Below, piece after piece: positions 1 through 9,315 of a stretch of 64,000 nt of DNA. Made by a program: the position numbers and the translations under genes. The stretch is from an uncultured Chlorobiaceae bacterium (lineage in GTDB: Bacteria > Bacteroidota > Ignavibacteria > UBA10030 > SZUA-254), in contig CAZFQL010000007.1 in assembly GCA_964520905.1 (NCBI GenBank), positions 39,603-103,602 of the forward strand, written 5' to 3'. The first letter of the stretch is position 1; each line of letters opens with the position of its first letter. The notes under the pieces were generated by a model that was given only the letters and a program-made list of their open reading frames with translations, made no database searches and had not been told where the DNA came from.

Positions 1-40
1 TTTTAAATCAACCGAAATACAAAGTATTTCGGGATATAAA

Positions 41-835
41 ATGCGAGGAGTAAATCAACCTTCAAAATCAATAGATGATACCAAAGTAAATACACAAGAA
101 ATAGTTGCTCCTGCGGGAGATTCAACTGCTCCAACCACTAAACGTAAATCTGAACCTAAGATGGTCCGTGAGCAAAGAACTGACAGAACTGTAACCAAGC
201 CATCCTATCAATATACATATGATCCTGTGGATACGTTAAATGTACGAATCAATATCGAGGGTGGTTACAGCTATCGTATGGCAAAACTTGATGAAAATAT
301 TCCCAACGATTTTAAAGACTACGTGAATAAATTGAAAAGCGGATTTAATATCACGGGAAATATTTCTTATTTCTTCAGCGAAGAATATGGTGTCTCCTTG
401 GGTTATTCCAGGTTTATGACTTCTAATTCTATGGGCGGAGTTTATATTTATGATCCGATTTCGATGACTACTCGTGGTCCTGGGATAATGGAAGACGACA
501 TCGCGATTTCTTTCTTCGGCATAGGAATGGCCGGAAGAAAAATATTAAGTGATGGGGATATTCTCCTCATCGGTAATTTCAGTCTGGGGGTTGCATCATA
601 TAATAACGACGCAAAACTACTCGATGATTCATACCTGATAGAAGGATCAACATTTGCTTACACCGGATTATTAAGCCTGGATTTTATGCTCAGTAGTAAC
701 TGGGCGTTAGGATTCGGGATTTCTTATCTGGGCGGTACGCTGAAAGATGCCAAAGTCAATGGTGAAAGCGCAAACCTCGGGGAAGAAAATTTATTCAGAA
801 TCGATTTTAATATCGGTGTGAAATATTATTTTTAA
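41..835 (+). CDS. Putative outer-membrane beta-barrel protein; the frame stays open to the 5' window edge, so the N-terminus may be incomplete
   Basis: 264-aa ORF. The C-terminal two-thirds have alternating hydrophobic/aromatic beta-strand-like segments rich in G/Y/S and end in ...IGVKYYF, a C-terminal Phe typical of OMP barrels. The N-terminal 55 aa are hydrophilic with no signal peptide, so the true start may lie upstream of the window. Confidence 0.45.
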   Translation: MRGVNQPSKSIDDTKVNTQEIVAPAGDSTAPTTKRKSEPKMVREQRTDRTVTKPSYQYTYDPVDTLNVRINIEGGYSYRMAKLDENIPNDFKDYVNKLKSGFNITGNISYFFSEEYGVSLGYSRFMTSNSMGGVYIYDPISMTTRGPGIMEDDIAISFFGIGMAGRKILSDGDILLIGNFSLGVASYNNDAKLLDDSYLIEGSTFAYTGLLSLDFMLSSNWALGFGISYLGGTLKDAKVNGESANLGEENLFRIDFNIGVKYYF

Positions 836-883
836 GAAAATAATCTCGAATTACATTAACTTTACAATAATATAGGAGTAAAT

Positions 884-3310
884 ATGAAACGTGTAATAAT
901 GTTAAGTTTGTTTGTTGGCATTTTCACTTTTTCACTTTGTGCACAGAGTGGATTTCCAACTTATCACACACAAAACAATTTTTCATTGACCTCGCCCGGT
1001 GCGCTGAAATATGGTCTCTATGGATTTGATAATCCTGCGCTTCTCACATATCTGCATCAACCCGATTTAATGTTTACTTGGTCTGATGCCAGCGGCAAGT
1101 GGAACGACTTCAATCGCTGGGGTTTGTTCACAGCAATACCTCATGTCGGGTTCGGATTGATTCATCAAAAAGAAGGTCAAGATGCTGTTACCGATTATCG
1201 ACTATCGTTTGCACTTGGCAATAGGAGCGCCGGCTTTGGTTTATCATACGGGTGGTCGGGTGGTAATACATCCTTGTTCCAGCGTTCAAAAATAATTTCC
1301 ATTGGCACTCTCATCAGACCCAATGAATATGTTTCAGTTGGCGCTGTTGGTTTAGCCGCATTGAGCGGTGATAGAAAGGAAGCAGTTCTCGATTTAGCCG
1401 CACGACCACTTGGGAATGAGATCGTTACAATCTTCACCGATTATGCAATAGAAAACTATCAATCTATAAAAGACGGTGCCTGGAGCGTTGGTACTGCGGT
1501 AGAGATGATACCCGGAGTCCGAGTTACCGGACGATATTTTGATACCAAAGCTTTTACTATCGGACTTCAATTCAGTTTCGGTAATCTCGGAATCAGCACT
1601 CAATCTTATTACAACGACAAGAGTAAATATGGTTATCAATCATATAGTGTACGTTTAGGAGCGTACGATCGGACGCTGTTTGGGACAAAGATATTTCCTC
1701 AAGAGAAATACCTCGATATGAATCTTCTCGGTCCCATCAAATATCAGCGTTATAAATTTTTCGACAATTCAAACACGCTTGCCTCACTCCTTGAGCAAAT
1801 AAAAGCGGCGAAAGATGATCCAAGTGTACGAGGAATCGCAATCAATACATCAGGAATAATTGGTAATCGGGAAATGTATTGGGAGCTTCGTGAGCAGTTA
1901 AAAGATTTTAAATCTGCTGGGAAGCGGGTAGTGGTGTTTGTTGATCGTCTAAATATAGATGTTTATCATCTCGCATCCATTGCTGATAAAATTGTTATGG
2001 ATCCAACCGGGAGTTTGACGCTTGAAGGTTACATAATGGGTAGAACATATTTAAAAGGAACTCTCGAAAAGTTGGGTATCGGTTTTGATGAGTTGAGATT
2101 TTTTAAATATAAATCGGCGGTTGAGTCGTTCTCGCGCGATAAGATGACGGATGCAGACAGAGAACAGCGCCAGAAGCTTGTCGATGATTATTACAGATTA
2201 GCCAAGACAGAAATATGTGAAGTACGTAAAATTTCTCCTGAAAGATTCGATCAATTTGTCGATGATATCGTTTTCTTCAGTCCCGATTCAGCGATGAAAG
2301 AAGGATTGATCGACACAATTGGAAGATGGGAAAAAGTGAAAGAGGTTGTTAAAAATTTAGAAGGTGAGGATAATTATTTTGTTGGCGCCGGTTCATTGGA
2401 GAAATTTCAGTTACCATTCGATAATCGATGGGGAGAAAAACCGAAGATCGCTATCATCTATGCGCTGGGTGCATGTGCAATGGATGAGGGAATCACTGCA
2501 CGTAATCTTGTTAAAGATGTTGAAGCAGTTACCAACGATACCCGCGTGAAAGCTGTTGTACTTCGTGTCGATTCTCCCGGCGGCGACGGTATGGCATCGG
2601 ATTATATCGCAGAGGCATTGAAGAAATGTAAGGAGCAAAAACCGGTCATAATATCCCAGGGTTATGTGGCGGCTTCAGGCGGTTACTGGCTCTCAATGTA
2701 TGGTGATACGATTGTTGCCGCGCCAAATACGATCACCGGTTCAATTGGAGTAATTGCGGGTTGGGCGTATAACAAAGGATTGAAAGATTCATTAGGGATG
2801 ACAACAGATCATGTGAAAGTCGGTAAACATGCCGATCTGGGATTTGGAATGACGCTGCCGATTATTGGTGTTGGATTACCCGACCGAGATTTCACACCCG
2901 AAGAGCGCTCACGTCTTGAAACAGAAATCAAAACGATGTATAAAGAGTTTGTTTCAAAAGTTGCCTCAGGCAGAAAGAAACAATTTGACGACATTGAGCC
3001 GATTGCTCAGGGCAGAGTCTGGTCTGGTTATGATGGAAAGGAAAATGGGTTAGTTGATGTATTAGGTGGACTTGAAACCGCTATTCAAATAGCAAGGGAA
3101 CGAGCAGGGATTAGTTCAAAAGCTGATGTTGATATCGTAGAGTTGCCTGAGAAAGGTTGGTTCGATATGAGTGGATTCATGCCGAAGCTTCTACCATTTA
3201 GTGTAGAAGATGATCCTGTAATACAGCATCTGAGATTTCGCTTGAAGCATAACGGTCAGCCGATGCCGATTTTGCCGATGGATGAGATCGAAATAAACCA
3301 TAATAAATAA
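884..3310 (+). CDS. sppA: Signal peptide peptidase SppA (S49 family, tandem S49 domains) with an extra N-terminal beta-rich domain
   Basis: 808 aa with an N-terminal signal peptide (MKRVIMLSLFVGIFTFSLCAQ). Two ClpP/crotonase-fold S49 modules: IAINTSGIIGNREMYWELR... and VVLRVDSPGGDGMASDYIAEAL...QGYVAASGGYWLSMYGD...TGSIGVI. The ~270-aa N-terminal extension is G/Y/S-rich and barrel-like. Confidence 0.75.
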   Translation: MKRVIMLSLFVGIFTFSLCAQSGFPTYHTQNNFSLTSPGALKYGLYGFDNPALLTYLHQPDLMFTWSDASGKWNDFNRWGLFTAIPHVGFGLIHQKEGQDAVTDYRLSFALGNRSAGFGLSYGWSGGNTSLFQRSKIISIGTLIRPNEYVSVGAVGLAALSGDRKEAVLDLAARPLGNEIVTIFTDYAIENYQSIKDGAWSVGTAVEMIPGVRVTGRYFDTKAFTIGLQFSFGNLGISTQSYYNDKSKYGYQSYSVRLGAYDRTLFGTKIFPQEKYLDMNLLGPIKYQRYKFFDNSNTLASLLEQIKAAKDDPSVRGIAINTSGIIGNREMYWELREQLKDFKSAGKRVVVFVDRLNIDVYHLASIADKIVMDPTGSLTLEGYIMGRTYLKGTLEKLGIGFDELRFFKYKSAVESFSRDKMTDADREQRQKLVDDYYRLAKTEICEVRKISPERFDQFVDDIVFFSPDSAMKEGLIDTIGRWEKVKEVVKNLEGEDNYFVGAGSLEKFQLPFDNRWGEKPKIAIIYALGACAMDEGITARNLVKDVEAVTNDTRVKAVVLRVDSPGGDGMASDYIAEALKKCKEQKPVIISQGYVAASGGYWLSMYGDTIVAAPNTITGSIGVIAGWAYNKGLKDSLGMTTDHVKVGKHADLGFGMTLPIIGVGLPDRDFTPEERSRLETEIKTMYKEFVSKVASGRKKQFDDIEPIAQGRVWSGYDGKENGLVDVLGGLETAIQIARERAGISSKADVDIVELPEKGWFDMSGFMPKLLPFSVEDDPVIQHLRFRLKHNGQPMPILPMDEIEINHNK

Positions 3311-3320
3311 TAAGTTTATT

Positions 3321-3416
3321 CCGTGGTGTCAGGTGTTTCCACCTGGCACAAACAAAGTTTTTCGGGTACATAGTTTGCAGTGTAAGTGTCAGGACGTAAG
3401 TCCTGCCACCACACCA
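3321..3416. promoter_or_regulatory. Compound stem-loop element between sppA and the first sensor-phosphatase gene
   Basis: Two inner perfect 6-bp hairpins: CAGGTG-tttc-CACCTG (3330-3345) and CAGGAC-gtaa-GTCCTG (~3390-3405). They are enclosed by an imperfect outer pairing GTGGTGTCAGG (3323-3333) / CCTGCCACCAC (3404-3414). No obvious T-run follows. Confidence 0.3.
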
Positions 3417-3478
3417 ATATTGAATTGCAATTTACTTCCTTTTTCCTATATTATTGCGTTCATAATGGATGATAAAAT

Positions 3479-6400
3479 ATGACTTCACAAAAAGAGACAA
3501 TATCGAAACGAAAGCTTATCTTCCGCTACTTGATTCTCACTATCATGACGTTAGCTCTTGCAGGCATTCTCACGACAGAGGTGTGGCTAAACGGTGCCTT
3601 CATCAACTACACACATCTTAAACCGAGGTTCAGTTCTGATTCAATGTGGTTCTCGTGTGACCTTGAAGATATTTTGGAAATACGAAAAATGGGAGGAATC
3701 CCAATCACAGCCATCGATTCGGTTGGAGAAGCCTTTCGCTCTGGATTGAGAGCAGGAGATTTCATCGTAGCAGTCAACGAACAGAAGCTCACCGAAGTAC
3801 CTCAAGCATTCTATCGACCGTTCATTGGTGCACGTGAAGGCGACGAAGTCAGGTACACGTTCATCAGAAATGGCATCACCCGTAATTGCACAATTCCTCT
3901 CGTTGATAATTTTCCAAAACCGAGAGGCTATCTTGGAACATACCGACGTTCACCATCCGATACGACCGGGGGATGGAAACGAGATACGACCTACGGTATT
4001 CGGATCGTAAAGGTTGTAGAAAATGCGCCGGCTGAAGCAGCCGGGCTCCAGGCGGGAGATATCATTGTGGGATTCAATGGCGGCCGTGTAACCAATGAGC
4101 AAGAATTCATGTGGCGCTATGATGCCACGGACGCATACCAAAAGGTGGACATTGAAGTAGTCAGAGAAGGGGTGCGGCAGACACTATACGCATCGTTGGG
4201 AGAGCGGCCTGAATATCGCGTCACTTTATGGAACTACATTATCGAAGGATCTGTTGCCAAGGTTGTTTGGATGCGCACGTTGCCATGGATCCTGTTTTAC
4301 TTTATCTTTCTCATTGTGGGTGCCACAATCGGCTGGTTGCGACCACGAGATGCAACTGCGTTCTTGTGCTCGCTGGTACTACTCGCAAGTGGCTTAGGCG
4401 CCGTACTGACTAATACATACTTTCTGGCGGCGTTGTCATATCAGGTCTTGTCACTCCTTGGTTGCTTCACAGAGACTGCGATCGGATTGGCTCTTCCCTT
4501 GGTACTGCATGCTTTTGCCAGGTTTCCGAACCGTTCACGAGGTGGTGAACGCCTTCTGCGTTGGAGGTGGGTTTTCTATGTGTATTCGTTCCTCTACATA
4601 ATCACGGCTTGTACAAAGTGGTTAACGATTATCCATGGATGGAAAGAAACTTGGCTTATACTGAATCCGGTAGCAAAGATTCTTGGTAATCTGAATGAAT
4701 GGGTCATGTCACCAATTGTTCTTGTGATGGTTGTATTATTTGTTGCGCAACGAATCGAGACACGAAACAAGCCACAATCGAGACTCAAAATAATTGAATT
4801 GGGTTTGATCCTGGCTATCGCGGGAATGAGTCTTTATCTTCTTGCACCACCTGTCTATGACTTCCTTCCAACATCATGGCAAGCCACATACTACTTTGCT
4901 GGATTGATATTTCCCATTATTCTATATACAGCACTCCCACTCGCATTTGCCTACACGATTCTCACCCGAAAAATATTCGATATCCGCTTCATCATCCGCA
5001 AAGGCCTCCGATATATTCTCTTATCAAAAGGCGCTTTGCTTGTTGAAGGCATAATTGTTTTTCTCATTGTCATTCAAATTCTCAGTTATGCCGGGACAGA
5101 GTTTCTTAATACACCCACAGCCGTCGGTGGTGTAGCAGTAGCAAGCACACTAGCGGTAATCGCATTCGTTGGAAGAGTCAATCGTAAGCTCATGCCGGTT
5201 ATTGACCGACGGTTCTTCCGTGAGGTGTTAGATGTAAAACGATTGCTAATGGAATTGAATGAAAAATTATCTGAGATGAGAGAACGTGAGAAGATTCTCC
5301 AACAAACTGCATCAACGGTGTTGAAGGCACTGCATCCTGCAAGAGTTGTGATGCTATTGAAGGAAGGGAAGAGTACAGAATTCAAATCAGTCCTTGCCAT
5401 TGAAAACGAGGAACGCAAATTCCAGCCATTTCATCATTCTAAACTTGGTTCGGAATCTGAACAAGGCAGCGCCCAGACCCTGAAACTAGTTCAGGGTGAC
5501 GCTTTATTGAAAGCAGACTATGCCATCATCAGCCAGATGGAAGAAAAAAAGGGCTGGGCAATTGTATATCCAGAAACACTTGATCTTGAAAAAGATGAGG
5601 ATAAGCGATTATCAGCGGTCAATTGTGAATTGTTAATTGGTTTGCGTGGAAGCTCCGGACTTATTGGAGTTATGGGGCTTGGAGATAAACTCTCCGAGGA
5701 ACCGTATAGCAAAGAAGATAGAGAGCTTCTTCTCACCGTTGCCCATGAGATGGGGATGGCGCTTGAAAATGCAGAGTTACTCGAAGTCGCAAAACGGGAA
5801 GCAGAGTTTTCAAAAGAGTTGGATATCGCTCGACAAGTTCAGCAGAATCTCTTTCCAAAGCAATTGCCAACTCCGTCGGGCTGGGAGTTTGCTGGCATCT
5901 GTAAACCCGCAAAAGCAGTTGGCGGAGATTACTACGACATCTTCGAGCCAGTCCCCGGCAAAGTAGTTGTAGCATTAGGTGATGTATCAGGCAAAGGACT
6001 TGGTGCTTCGTTTGTAATGTCGGGTGTACACAGCACTATCCGAACGCAAGCAAAAAAAATATTTGATAATCCGGTTGAAATAATTGATGAGTTAAACGAA
6101 TATCTAATCGGGTCTACATCTAAGAACATATTCGTTACTTTGTTTTTAGGAATCATCGATCTTGAAACCGGTCGAATGCGATACGTCAATTGCGGGCATC
6201 CACCGGCGTTTGTTGTTCGGAAAGAGAATGGTGAGATAGAGAAACTGACACGCACCGGACTTGCACTCGGCATGATGAACACTGTCCAGTTTACTCAAGG
6301 GTTATCGACATTGAATGTAGGTGATTCGCTCATAGTTTACAGCGATGGCATCACCGAAGCGATGAATTCAACAGAGGAAATGTACGAAGAGGAACGATTG

Positions 6401-6547
6401 ACTCAGTTGCTTACTACAACTCTTGGATTGGATACCTCACACATGATGGAAGCGATATTGAAATCTGTGAGTGAGTTTATTGGGCAGGCAGAACAGTCGG
6501 ATGATGTGTCAATCATTTTGACAAGAAGGAAATTGGAGAAAGAATGA
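3479..6547 (+). CDS. Membrane sensor phosphatase, paralog 1: N-terminal TM anchor, two periplasmic PDZ domains, ~7-8 TM helices, coiled-coil linker, GAF domain, PP2C (SpoIIE/RsbU-type) serine phosphatase
   Basis: 1022 aa. PDZ motifs GLRAGDFIVAVNEQ and GIRIVKVVENAPAEAAGLQAGDIIVGFNG. Multiple hydrophobic helices in residues ~260-530. C-terminal PP2C signature GDVSGKGLGASFVMS...FLGIIDL...CGHPP...IVYSDGITEA. Stop overlaps the start of the next gene (ATGA at 6544-6547). Confidence 0.8.
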   Translation: MTSQKETISKRKLIFRYLILTIMTLALAGILTTEVWLNGAFINYTHLKPRFSSDSMWFSCDLEDILEIRKMGGIPITAIDSVGEAFRSGLRAGDFIVAVNEQKLTEVPQAFYRPFIGAREGDEVRYTFIRNGITRNCTIPLVDNFPKPRGYLGTYRRSPSDTTGGWKRDTTYGIRIVKVVENAPAEAAGLQAGDIIVGFNGGRVTNEQEFMWRYDATDAYQKVDIEVVREGVRQTLYASLGERPEYRVTLWNYIIEGSVAKVVWMRTLPWILFYFIFLIVGATIGWLRPRDATAFLCSLVLLASGLGAVLTNTYFLAALSYQVLSLLGCFTETAIGLALPLVLHAFARFPNRSRGGERLLRWRWVFYVYSFLYIITACTKWLTIIHGWKETWLILNPVAKILGNLNEWVMSPIVLVMVVLFVAQRIETRNKPQSRLKIIELGLILAIAGMSLYLLAPPVYDFLPTSWQATYYFAGLIFPIILYTALPLAFAYTILTRKIFDIRFIIRKGLRYILLSKGALLVEGIIVFLIVIQILSYAGTEFLNTPTAVGGVAVASTLAVIAFVGRVNRKLMPVIDRRFFREVLDVKRLLMELNEKLSEMREREKILQQTASTVLKALHPARVVMLLKEGKSTEFKSVLAIENEERKFQPFHHSKLGSESEQGSAQTLKLVQGDALLKADYAIISQMEEKKGWAIVYPETLDLEKDEDKRLSAVNCELLIGLRGSSGLIGVMGLGDKLSEEPYSKEDRELLLTVAHEMGMALENAELLEVAKREAEFSKELDIARQVQQNLFPKQLPTPSGWEFAGICKPAKAVGGDYYDIFEPVPGKVVVALGDVSGKGLGASFVMSGVHSTIRTQAKKIFDNPVEIIDELNEYLIGSTSKNIFVTLFLGIIDLETGRMRYVNCGHPPAFVVRKENGEIEKLTRTGLALGMMNTVQFTQGLSTLNVGDSLIVYSDGITEAMNSTEEMYEEERLTQLLTTTLGLDTSHMMEAILKSVSEFIGQAEQSDDVSIILTRRKLEKE

Positions 6548-9303
6548 TTACACCGAGAGAAAATCCATCGCGCTGGACAATGGTGTTCCGGTACACAACC
6601 CTATCAATTTTGACGTTTTATATCTTAATTTGGTTAATAGTGTTTTTTAGTGAACAGGGGTTCGTGACATGCTCTACTGGTATTTCGTTAAGGGGCATTG
6701 AGAAAGAGAAACCCTTCGATTCCCTATCAGTGATTAGGAGTAAAGGATTTGTAATTGTGGAGAAAGTAGATTCCAATAGTATAGCAGAGAAGGCTGGTGT
6801 TTTTATTGGAGATACAATTGTTACGGTTGATGGAACTCAATTAAAAGATAAACCCCAATTGTTTTATAAAATTTGGACGAAATCTCCTTACGGCGACACG
6901 CTGAATATCGGATTAATAAAAAATGGTACGCAGGAGAATCGAGTTCTTGTCCTTGATAAGAAAGAAGGCATTTTATCTTATCTGACTTATAACTTCCAGG
7001 TTCTATTCTGGATTCTCAGCTTCGTTGTTGGTGGACTAATTGGATGGATGAGAACCAGGGACTCTATTGCCTTTCTATGTTCGGTTTTCTTCCTTTGCTT
7101 AGGGTTTAAGGAAGAGGTTTATTATTCATTGCTTCCATACTGGGCGATAGTAATTGTGATTACTTTAAATTCAATTACGGCGGCGATTGGTCTTCCGTTG
7201 GGTTTACGATTATTTTCGATCTTCCCAAATCCATCGCGTTTCGGTAAAGTATTGTGGCGATGGCAATGGGTTGCATTTCTGCTGTTTAGCCTCAACGCGT
7301 TTATACCTTATACTAAAAATCTCAGTGTATTGCTTGAGTGGTCAATTATAATACCATTGACTCAACAGGTGGCTCAAATGTTTGAACCGGTTGGAGCTGC
7401 ATTATTTGTTGCGTTGTTATTACTTATAATACCACTTTACCTTTCACAAAGAAAAGCGACTCGAGATCGTCCCCAGGCTCGACTGAAAATCATTGAGTTC
7501 AGCATTTTATTCTGGGGATTATCTGCATTAGCGGCGTTAGTTTTTGCTCTAATTGGGTCAATGTTACTAAAATCATTGGACGATATTCCCCGTCCGATTT
7601 CAGTGGTTTTATTGACTATTTTTATTTTCCCATTTTTGATCAGCATGCTCGCTATTCCAATCTCGTTTGCATACACAATCCTTACACGTAAAATCTTCGG
7701 TATCCGCTTCATCGTCAGGAAAGGTCTCCGATATCTTCTCCTATCCAAAGGTGCATTGCTTGTAGAAGGTATAATTGTTTTTTTCATCGTCATTCAAATC
7801 CTCAGTTATGCCGGAACAGAGTTTCTCAATTCACCCACCGCTGTAGGCGGTGTAGCAGTTGCAAGCACACTGGCAGTAATCGCAGTCGTCGGGAGAGTCA
7901 ACCGCAAACTCATGCCAGTTATCGATCGGCGATTCTTCCGTGAAGCTTTGGACGTGAGAAAGTTGTTGATGGATTTGAACGAACAATTATCTGAGCTTAG
8001 GGAGCGAGAAAAGATACTTCAGTTGACTGCTTCGACTGTTCTCAAAGCACTCCATCCATTACGAGTAGTGTTCTTGTTGAAAGAAGAAAAAGCAAAGCAT
8101 TTCAGATGTGTTCTCGTGCAGGAACATGAAGCGAAGCAAGCCCCATCTGGAAAGACAAATGGCCTAACCCGTCATTCTGAATTTATTTCAGAATCTCAAT
8201 CCCAGCCACTTGCCAGTGATGAGATGCCGAAACAAGTTCGGCATGACGATGTTAATTATTTGAAGTCAAATGATTCCATCATCCGTCAGTTAGAAGAAAA
8301 GAAATCCTACGTAACAATTTATCCCGAGAAACTCGACCCCGAAGTTGAAGGAGACAAACGATTACTCGATCTCAACTGTGAACTCTTCATCGGAGTTCAA
8401 GGAAGCGCAGGGCTCGTTGGCATCATGGCACTTGGCGGAAAACTCTCCGAAGAGCCATTCAGCAAAGAAGATCGAGATTTACTAACGACAGTTGCCCGAC
8501 AAATGGGACTTTCGCTGGAGAATGCAGAACTGTTGGAGGTTGCTAAGCGAGAAGCTGAGCAATCACGAGACCTGGAGATTGCGAGATCAGTACAACAAAA
8601 CCTTTTCCCAAAACAACTGCCGGTTGTTGCGGGCTGGGAATTTGCCGGCATCTGCAATCCGGCAAAAGCAGTCGGTGGAGATTACTACGATATCTTCGAA
8701 GCAGTGCCTGGGAAAGTAGTTGTGGCATTAGGTGATGTGTCGGGTAAAGGACTTGGGGCATCGTTCGTTATGTCGGGTGTTCACAGCACGATTCGAACGA
8801 ATGCAGAAAAATCATTCGACAATCCCGTCGGACTAATCAATGAGTTGAATAAATACCTTCTTGGATCGACATCGAAGAACATATTCGTTACTTTGTTTTT
8901 GGGAATCATCGATCTTGAAAGCGGTCGAATGCAATATGTCAATTGTGGCCACCCACCGGCGTTTGTTGTTCGGAAAGAGAATGGTGAAATAGAGAAGCTC
9001 ACACGCACCGGACTTGCACTCGGTATGATGAATACCATTCAGTTTACTCAAGGATCATCGACATTGAAAGCGGGTGATTCACTCATTGTCTACAGCGATG
9101 GTATCACTGAGGCGATGAATGAGAAAGAAGAATTTTTCGATGAAGAGCGTTTGGTGAAGGTTGTGAATACAGCATCGAAGTTGGAAGCTGCTTCAATGAT
9201 GGAAGAGATAATGAAATCGGTTAATAAGTTTGCAGGTACGCACGAGCAAGCTGACGATATTTCGGTTATTATTGCTCAACGACAGAAATCCATTTCTTCA
9301 TGA
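6544..9303 (+). CDS. Membrane sensor phosphatase, paralog 2 (PDZ–polytopic TM–GAF–PP2C)
   Basis: 919 aa. N-terminal TM, one PDZ (IAEKAGVFIGDTIVTVDG), polytopic TM region, then GAF/PP2C. The C-terminal ~400 aa are near-identical to the other paralogs. Confidence 0.8.
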   Translation: MITPRENPSRWTMVFRYTTLSILTFYILIWLIVFFSEQGFVTCSTGISLRGIEKEKPFDSLSVIRSKGFVIVEKVDSNSIAEKAGVFIGDTIVTVDGTQLKDKPQLFYKIWTKSPYGDTLNIGLIKNGTQENRVLVLDKKEGILSYLTYNFQVLFWILSFVVGGLIGWMRTRDSIAFLCSVFFLCLGFKEEVYYSLLPYWAIVIVITLNSITAAIGLPLGLRLFSIFPNPSRFGKVLWRWQWVAFLLFSLNAFIPYTKNLSVLLEWSIIIPLTQQVAQMFEPVGAALFVALLLLIIPLYLSQRKATRDRPQARLKIIEFSILFWGLSALAALVFALIGSMLLKSLDDIPRPISVVLLTIFIFPFLISMLAIPISFAYTILTRKIFGIRFIVRKGLRYLLLSKGALLVEGIIVFFIVIQILSYAGTEFLNSPTAVGGVAVASTLAVIAVVGRVNRKLMPVIDRRFFREALDVRKLLMDLNEQLSELREREKILQLTASTVLKALHPLRVVFLLKEEKAKHFRCVLVQEHEAKQAPSGKTNGLTRHSEFISESQSQPLASDEMPKQVRHDDVNYLKSNDSIIRQLEEKKSYVTIYPEKLDPEVEGDKRLLDLNCELFIGVQGSAGLVGIMALGGKLSEEPFSKEDRDLLTTVARQMGLSLENAELLEVAKREAEQSRDLEIARSVQQNLFPKQLPVVAGWEFAGICNPAKAVGGDYYDIFEAVPGKVVVALGDVSGKGLGASFVMSGVHSTIRTNAEKSFDNPVGLINELNKYLLGSTSKNIFVTLFLGIIDLESGRMQYVNCGHPPAFVVRKENGEIEKLTRTGLALGMMNTIQFTQGSSTLKAGDSLIVYSDGITEAMNEKEEFFDEERLVKVVNTASKLEAASMMEEIMKSVNKFAGTHEQADDISVIIAQRQKSISS

Positions 9304-9315
9304 AAGATCAGGTTG

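Noticed and set aside
8492-8719. Recurrent 60–115-aa ORFs in alternative frames and on the antisense strand inside the PP2C-encoding regions (for example 8492-8719, 12723-12950, 15602-15946, 18355-18552; antisense 8397-8657, 18230-18484, 5733-5975, 8543-8761).
   Set aside because: They recur only because the underlying phosphatase gene segments are near-identical paralogs. They have no start context and lie wholly inside well-supported long CDSs, so they are shadow ORFs.
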